From the NCBI GenBank assembly GCA_963695225.1, contig OY968762.1:1312001-1376000 (forward strand): DNA of 64,000 nucleotides. The letters are read 5' to 3'. The DNA comes from Vulcanimicrobiota bacterium. GTDB lineage: Bacteria; Vulcanimicrobiota; Vulcanimicrobiia; Vulcanimicrobiales; Vulcanimicrobiaceae. Shown piece after piece: positions 59,276 to 64,000 of the stretch (the stretch's first letter is position 1; each line of letters opens with the position of its first letter). Under the pieces are notes generated by a model that was not told the DNA's origin, searched no databases, and saw nothing but the letters and a program-made list of their open reading frames with translations. The position numbers were made by a program, and so were the translations under genes.

Positions 59276-59546
59276 GGAGGCTCTCGTCTTCGCGCTCGGC
59301 GCCGCCCTTACTTGTGCGCTCCCGGAGTCCGCCGCCCGCAGGCCTCGCGAGCCCGCGCCCGCGCCGCCCCCGCCCGCGCGCGCGAGAGCGCTGGGCGCGG
59401 ACGACGTCTTCTCCTTGCGCGCGCGGCGCCGCGCGGCGGCCTACCTGCGCATGCGCCTGCTCGAACTGCGCAAGGCGCGCCTCGACCGTGCCGCGGAGGT
59501 CATCGAGCGCCGGCTGGGGGCCGACGCGTTGTTGCGCCTCCCTTAG
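59274..59546 (+). CDS. Hypothetical 90-aa protein
   Basis: RBS GGAAGGAG before ATG; MEALVFALGAALTCAL...LRMRLLELRKARLDRAAEVIERRLG. Confidence 0.4.
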   Translation: MEALVFALGAALTCALPESAARRPREPAPAPPPPARARALGADDVFSLRARRRAAAYLRMRLLELRKARLDRAAEVIERRLGADALLRLP

Positions 59547-59584
59547 AGAGGCGCCGCAACAAGCACGCGCCAACTTGCAGGACG

Positions 59585-60280
59585 GTGGACTCGCTCACTC
59601 CTCCTGCGCTCTCCCTCCGTACCGTGCGCGACATCTTCGTCGCTCCCGGGCGCGCGCTCGCTTCGATCGCGGAGCGCCCGACCTGGATCGTCGCGTACTT
59701 CGTCGTCGCCGCCATCACCGTCGCCGGGATGCTGCTCGCCGCTCCGGCGCTGATGCACGTGATGGTCGCACTCGCGCAGGAAGGCCCGCAGCCGGCGACC
59801 CAAACGGTCGCCGAGCTTACCAAGAACGCGCGGGAAACGATCGCTTCCCAGGTGATCTCGAGCCTGATCGCTCCGATCTTGACGTGGAACATCGCGGCCG
59901 TCAGCGTCGCGTTGCTCGCCCGCAAGGAGACTCCGCTCGCTTACTATCCACGCCTGCTGGCGCTCAACGCGTACGGCAACATCCCGGCTGCGCTCGGCAC
60001 GCTGGCGTTCGGAATCGTGCTGCGCCTGCACCCGGCGGGGAACTTCGCCACCGTCGCCGACCTCTATCATGCGTTCCCCTTGAGTCTCGCCGCGCTGGTG
60101 CGGCACGCCGACGAACGGCAATTGAGCTTCCTCGGCTTCTGGGATCCGTGGCAGCTATGGTCGCTGATCCTGATCGGCTATGGGTATGCCGCTTATCTGA
60201 AACTCGATCTCACGCTCGCCTTGGCGCTCTCGTTCGCGATCGGGCTCGCATACGCGCTCATGATCACGTTCTCCGCGTGA
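59585..60280 (+). CDS. Yip1-family membrane protein
   Basis: IFVAPGRALASIAERPTW, several TM helices, DPWQLWSLIL..YG. Confidence 0.85.
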   Translation: MDSLTPPALSLRTVRDIFVAPGRALASIAERPTWIVAYFVVAAITVAGMLLAAPALMHVMVALAQEGPQPATQTVAELTKNARETIASQVISSLIAPILTWNIAAVSVALLARKETPLAYYPRLLALNAYGNIPAALGTLAFGIVLRLHPAGNFATVADLYHAFPLSLAALVRHADERQLSFLGFWDPWQLWSLILIGYGYAAYLKLDLTLALALSFAIGLAYALMITFSA

Positions 60281-60305
60281 TGCCCGCACCTCCGGGAAGG
60301 TTCGC

Positions 60306-61790
60306 ATGACCTCGGAACTCACGCCGGCGCGGCGCGGCACCAAGAGGCTTGCAGCGGCCCTCAGCCTAGCGCTGCTGCTCGCAGCCCCGTCCGCCGCGTC
60401 CGCGCGCTCCGCGGCCGCGCCCGCCGCGCAGGCCGGCGGCGTGCCGGCGACGCTCGACGCGAACGCCACCGTTCGCTTCGCGCTCGACCACAGCGCCGCG
60501 GTGCTGGCAAAGCGGGCGGCGGCCGCAAGCGCGGAGGCGACGTTCACCCGGCTGCGGGCGGCCGAACTCCCGACGCTCACCGGGCAACTCTCCAACCAAA
60601 TGACCCGTTCCTCGAACGCCCAGGGGTCGCTCGCGGCCTACGGCCTCTCGCAGCAGAACCGGTTCTCGCAGAACACGGCGCAGATCGGTTCGCAGTATGC
60701 GTTCTACAACGGCTCGCTCGCGCAAGTCCAGGCTCAGCAGGCGCGGCGCCAACTCGAGAGCGCGCGCGCGGATCTGCGGCGGACCGAACAACAGACGGCG
60801 GCCGACGCGACCTCCGCGTTCTACAATCTCGCCGCCAAGCGCACCGCAGTCGCGGTCGCCGAATCCAACCGGCTCTACCAGCAAGCGCTCCTCGAAGCCG
60901 CGCGCGTCAGCGAACGGGTCGGCCGGGTCGCGGGCGTCGACGTCCTGCGCGCGCAAGTCGGGGAGACCCGAGGCGAAGCGGCGCTCGTCTCCGCGCACGC
61001 CGACGAAGAGAACGCGCGCGAAGCGCTCGCGCTGCAGATCGGTGCGCCGCTCGACACGCGTTTCGACGTCCCGGAAACGATCCCGGAGCCGAAGCTCCCC
61101 GAGACGCCCGTCGACATCCTGATTGCGATCGCGCAGACGCACCGGCCCGACGTCGCGGCCGCGCGGGCGAACCGCGGCGCCGCCGTCCTCGCCGACGCCG
61201 CGATCGACACGGACCTGCGCCCGCAAATCGCGCTCAACGCGGCCTTCGGCAACCAAGTCAGCCCGACGACGTTCGGCGCGCAGCAGAGCGCGATCGATCA
61301 GCAGAATGCGATCAACGCCTCGCAAGGCCTGCCCTTGATCCCGAACGTGACCCGCGGCCAACCCGGCTTCTGGCAGATCGGCGCGACCGCGACGCTCGCG
61401 ATCCCGCTCGTCGATTACGGCACGCGCCGCACGGCGCACTCGAGCGCGCGAGCGCAGATCGCCTCGGCCGACGCGGCGCTCGCCTCGGCGCTCGCCTCGG
61501 TCGAACTCGACGTGCGCCAGTCTCTGCGTGCGGCCCAAACCGGCGCAACGAACCTGAAACTCTACGCCCAGGCTGCCGAACTCGGCCGCGAGTCGGCGCG
61601 CATCGCGCAACTGCAGTACAAGAACGGGCTGATCTCCTTCAGCGACGCCGACGCGGCGGAGCAAACCGCGCTCTCCGCAGCGAACGACCTCACGACGGCG
61701 CGCGTGAGTTATCTCGTTTCGATCGTACGCTTGCGCATCGCGATCGGCGACACCGACCCCGCGACCGCCGCCGATGTGAGAGGATTATGA
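60306..61790 (+). CDS. TolC-family outer membrane protein
   Basis: Signal peptide; AELPTL, GRVAGVDVLRAQ, HRPDV, IPLVDYG, QYKNGLIS. Confidence 0.9.
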   Translation: MTSELTPARRGTKRLAAALSLALLLAAPSAASARSAAAPAAQAGGVPATLDANATVRFALDHSAAVLAKRAAAASAEATFTRLRAAELPTLTGQLSNQMTRSSNAQGSLAAYGLSQQNRFSQNTAQIGSQYAFYNGSLAQVQAQQARRQLESARADLRRTEQQTAADATSAFYNLAAKRTAVAVAESNRLYQQALLEAARVSERVGRVAGVDVLRAQVGETRGEAALVSAHADEENAREALALQIGAPLDTRFDVPETIPEPKLPETPVDILIAIAQTHRPDVAAARANRGAAVLADAAIDTDLRPQIALNAAFGNQVSPTTFGAQQSAIDQQNAINASQGLPLIPNVTRGQPGFWQIGATATLAIPLVDYGTRRTAHSSARAQIASADAALASALASVELDVRQSLRAAQTGATNLKLYAQAAELGRESARIAQLQYKNGLISFSDADAAEQTALSAANDLTTARVSYLVSIVRLRIAIGDTDPATAADVRGL

Positions 61791-63328
61791 ACCGCCGCAA
61801 CCTGATCGTCGCCGTCGCCGCGCTCGCCCTCTTGCTCGCGATCGGCGCGTTCGCCGCACGGCCGCGCTCGAACACGGTCGAGGCGCGCATCGACACGGCG
61901 AAGGTTGCCCATTTCCAGACGCGACTCCCCGAAACCGGAACCCTGCAGCGGCCTTTGACGCAAACGATCTCGGCGCTCGTGAGCGGGAATCTCGGGAAGC
62001 TCTTCGTCAAGTCCGGCGATCGCGTCGCCGCGGGGCAACTGCTCGCGACGATCGTGAACCTCCAGATCGAGGCGTCGCTCGATTCGGCCGACGCCGCCGC
62101 GCGCGCGGCAGGCGCCCGCGCCCAGAGCGCCCAGGCGACGTACGCGGCGCTCCCCACCCAACTCCGCTCGAGCGTCGTGCAAGCGCAGGCGACGCTCCTG
62201 CAGGCGAAGGTACAGCTTCAACAGGCTCGCCAGGATCTCGCTTCCGGCGCTCAATCCGGGCTCGGCTACGGCGGCTCGACCGCCGAAGAGCAGCGCCTCG
62301 CGGCCGACGCGAACGCCGCGAAAGCGGATACGGACCTCCGCGAAGCGCAGCGCCTCTACGACGCGAATCGCGAGTTGTACGCCGAGAAGGCGGTCTCGAA
62401 GGACGCGCTCGACCAAGCCGCGGCGCACCTCGATCAAGCCAAGGTCGCGGCGAATCAGGCGCACCGCGAGCGGGAGATCCTGACGGGGACGCTCTCGCGA
62501 AACCAGACGGTGTTGCGCGACCGCGTCCGCGCCGCCGAGGATGCGGTGCGGCAAGCCCAGGCGGCGCTCGCGGCGGCACAGGCGAACGCGCTCAACACGA
62601 AACGCGCCGACGTCGACGCCGCCCTCGCCGACGCGGCCCGCGCCGAGACCGATCGCAAGTACGCGGCGGAACAAGTCGGGCACTTGACCGTCCGCGCGCC
62701 GTTCCCGGGCATCGTCGAGGCGCTCGCCTCGCAGCCGAGCGACAGCCTTCGTCCGTTGCAGCCCGGCGACTCGATCCAGGCCGGCGAAGAGCTGATGAAG
62801 GTCGCGACGGACGCCGGCTTCATCGTCCGCGCGAAGGTCGACGAGCAGGACATCTCGGCGGTCCGCGCCGGCCAGCGCGTCACCATCGGGGGCGAGGACT
62901 TCGGCGGGAAGACGCTCCCGGGGCACGTCGCCTCGATCGCGGCGTTCGCCCAGCGCAGCGACGATCCGTCGAACACGGCGCGCCAGGTGATCACGACGAT
63001 CGCGCTCGACGGCACGTTGCCGTTTCTCCGCGACGGGATGAGCGTCGACGTCGACATCATCACGCGGGACCTGCCGGACGTGCTCGTCGTCTCGAGCGAT
63101 GCGGTCCGCAAGGACGGGGAAGCCCCGTACGTCTACGTCGTTCGCGACGGCAAGGCGCGCAAGACCGCCGTTGCGACCGGAGAGTCGAACGATCAGCAGA
63201 CCGTCATCACGGGCGGCTTGAACGCGGGCGACGTCGTGGTCGCGGACAAGAATGCCGCCGTCGTGGAGGGGACCGCCGTCAAACCGGCGCCGCAGCCTGC
63301 GCCCTCCGCCTCCGCGAAAGCCGGGTAG
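61787..63328 (+). CDS. Efflux periplasmic adaptor (MacA/HlyD-like)
   Basis: LFVKSGDRV.AGQLL, long coiled coil, VRAPFPGIV, VDEQDI..V..GQ, LRDGMS. Confidence 0.92.
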   Translation: MNRRNLIVAVAALALLLAIGAFAARPRSNTVEARIDTAKVAHFQTRLPETGTLQRPLTQTISALVSGNLGKLFVKSGDRVAAGQLLATIVNLQIEASLDSADAAARAAGARAQSAQATYAALPTQLRSSVVQAQATLLQAKVQLQQARQDLASGAQSGLGYGGSTAEEQRLAADANAAKADTDLREAQRLYDANRELYAEKAVSKDALDQAAAHLDQAKVAANQAHREREILTGTLSRNQTVLRDRVRAAEDAVRQAQAALAAAQANALNTKRADVDAALADAARAETDRKYAAEQVGHLTVRAPFPGIVEALASQPSDSLRPLQPGDSIQAGEELMKVATDAGFIVRAKVDEQDISAVRAGQRVTIGGEDFGGKTLPGHVASIAAFAQRSDDPSNTARQVITTIALDGTLPFLRDGMSVDVDIITRDLPDVLVVSSDAVRKDGEAPYVYVVRDGKARKTAVATGESNDQQTVITGGLNAGDVVVADKNAAVVEGTAVKPAPQPAPSASAKAG

Positions 63329-63344
63329 CCCGCACGTGACGCGC

Positions 63345-64000
63345 ATGTCGCGGTTCGAGCGGACGCTGGCGTACGTGCACGAGGCGTTCGAGGCGATCTG
63401 GCGGAACCGGACGCGTTCGATCCTCACGATGCTCGGGATGATCATCGGGACGGCCTCGATCATCGGCGTGCTGGGGATCAGCAAAGCCGCTTCCGGCGGA
63501 ATCAAGGGCTCGATCGCGGATTTCGGCGATCAAGGTATCTTCATCACCGCCGACGCGAATCAAGACGATCCCGCGAACGCGCAGATCCAATACCGCGACA
63601 TCCCCTCGCTCGAGGAAGCGACCGGAGACATCGTCCGTTTCGTGACGCCGAACTACAGCGCGGCTTACGAGCTGCGCGCCCGCGGCATCGCCTACACGAC
63701 GACCGTTCAATCGCAGACCGACAACTACACGGATTCGCTCACGCTGCGCGAGGGGCGACGCATGAGCCGTGACGACGTCGGGCAGGCGGCGCACGTCGCG
63801 CTCCTCTCGCAGGATCTCGCCGAGCGCTTCTTCGGGACGGGCCCCGCCGCCGGCCAGAACATCAAGATCAACGGCGCGCCATACCGCGTGATCGGCGTCT
63901 ACGACCGGCTGAAGAGCTCGTTCTTGAACACGGGCGGCGGCGACTACATCGAGATCCCCTACACGCTCTTCCACCGCATCAAGCCCGGGCCGGTCGATTT
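63345..64000 (+). CDS. MacB-family ABC transporter permease, 3'-truncated by the window
   Basis: Manual translation: MSRFERTLAYVHEAFEAIWRNRTRSILTMLGMIIGTASII...GRR...GQNIKING..YRVIGV. Not in the ORF track. Confidence 0.9.
   Translation, partial: MSRFERTLAYVHEAFEAIWRNRTRSILTMLGMIIGTASIIGVLGISKAASGGIKGSIADFGDQGIFITADANQDDPANAQIQYRDIPSLEEATGDIVRFVTPNYSAAYELRARGIAYTTTVQSQTDNYTDSLTLREGRRMSRDDVGQAAHVALLSQDLAERFFGTGPAAGQNIKINGAPYRVIGVYDRLKSSFLNTGGGDYIEIPYTLFHRIKPGPVD

Noticed and set aside
57518..59584. N-terminal ~690 aa of the 920-aa ORF
   Set aside because: Antisense to rnj; only the Yip1 part from GTG 59585 is credible.

Overview
High-GC bacterial chromosomal window. The gene content (futalosine pathway, alpha2-type GlyRS, RNase J, RqcH, LCP protein, TolC) fits a diderm Terrabacteria lineage such as Ca. 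Eremiobacterota; this is inference only. Most of the window is housekeeping: ppdK; argB divergent from an ArgR-boxed argF-argR-argG-argH-argC-argJ-argD operon; glyQS; rlmN; secA-prfB (programmed +1 frameshift); rimO-yajQ-rodZ; mnmA; mqnE-mqnA-mqnC; rqcH; ada; ftsK; rnj; and a Yip1-TolC-MacA-MacB-type export operon running off the right end. Accessory or unusual parts: (i) a lower-GC island remnant at the left end, bounded by head-to-head 10-bp repeat arrays; (ii) a compact module of a BTAD/STAND/TPR regulator, an 80-aa helical peptide with a Cys-containing tail, and a convergent signal-less S53 protease, which is the best candidate for an undescribed system; (iii) a ~310-bp nested inverted-repeat element in the arg intergenic region; (iv) an AAA+/wHTH gene preceded by five helically phased TTGACAG-type repeats; (v) a cluster of envelope glycan/phosphoester hydrolases. 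No rRNA, tRNA or CRISPR array was seen.
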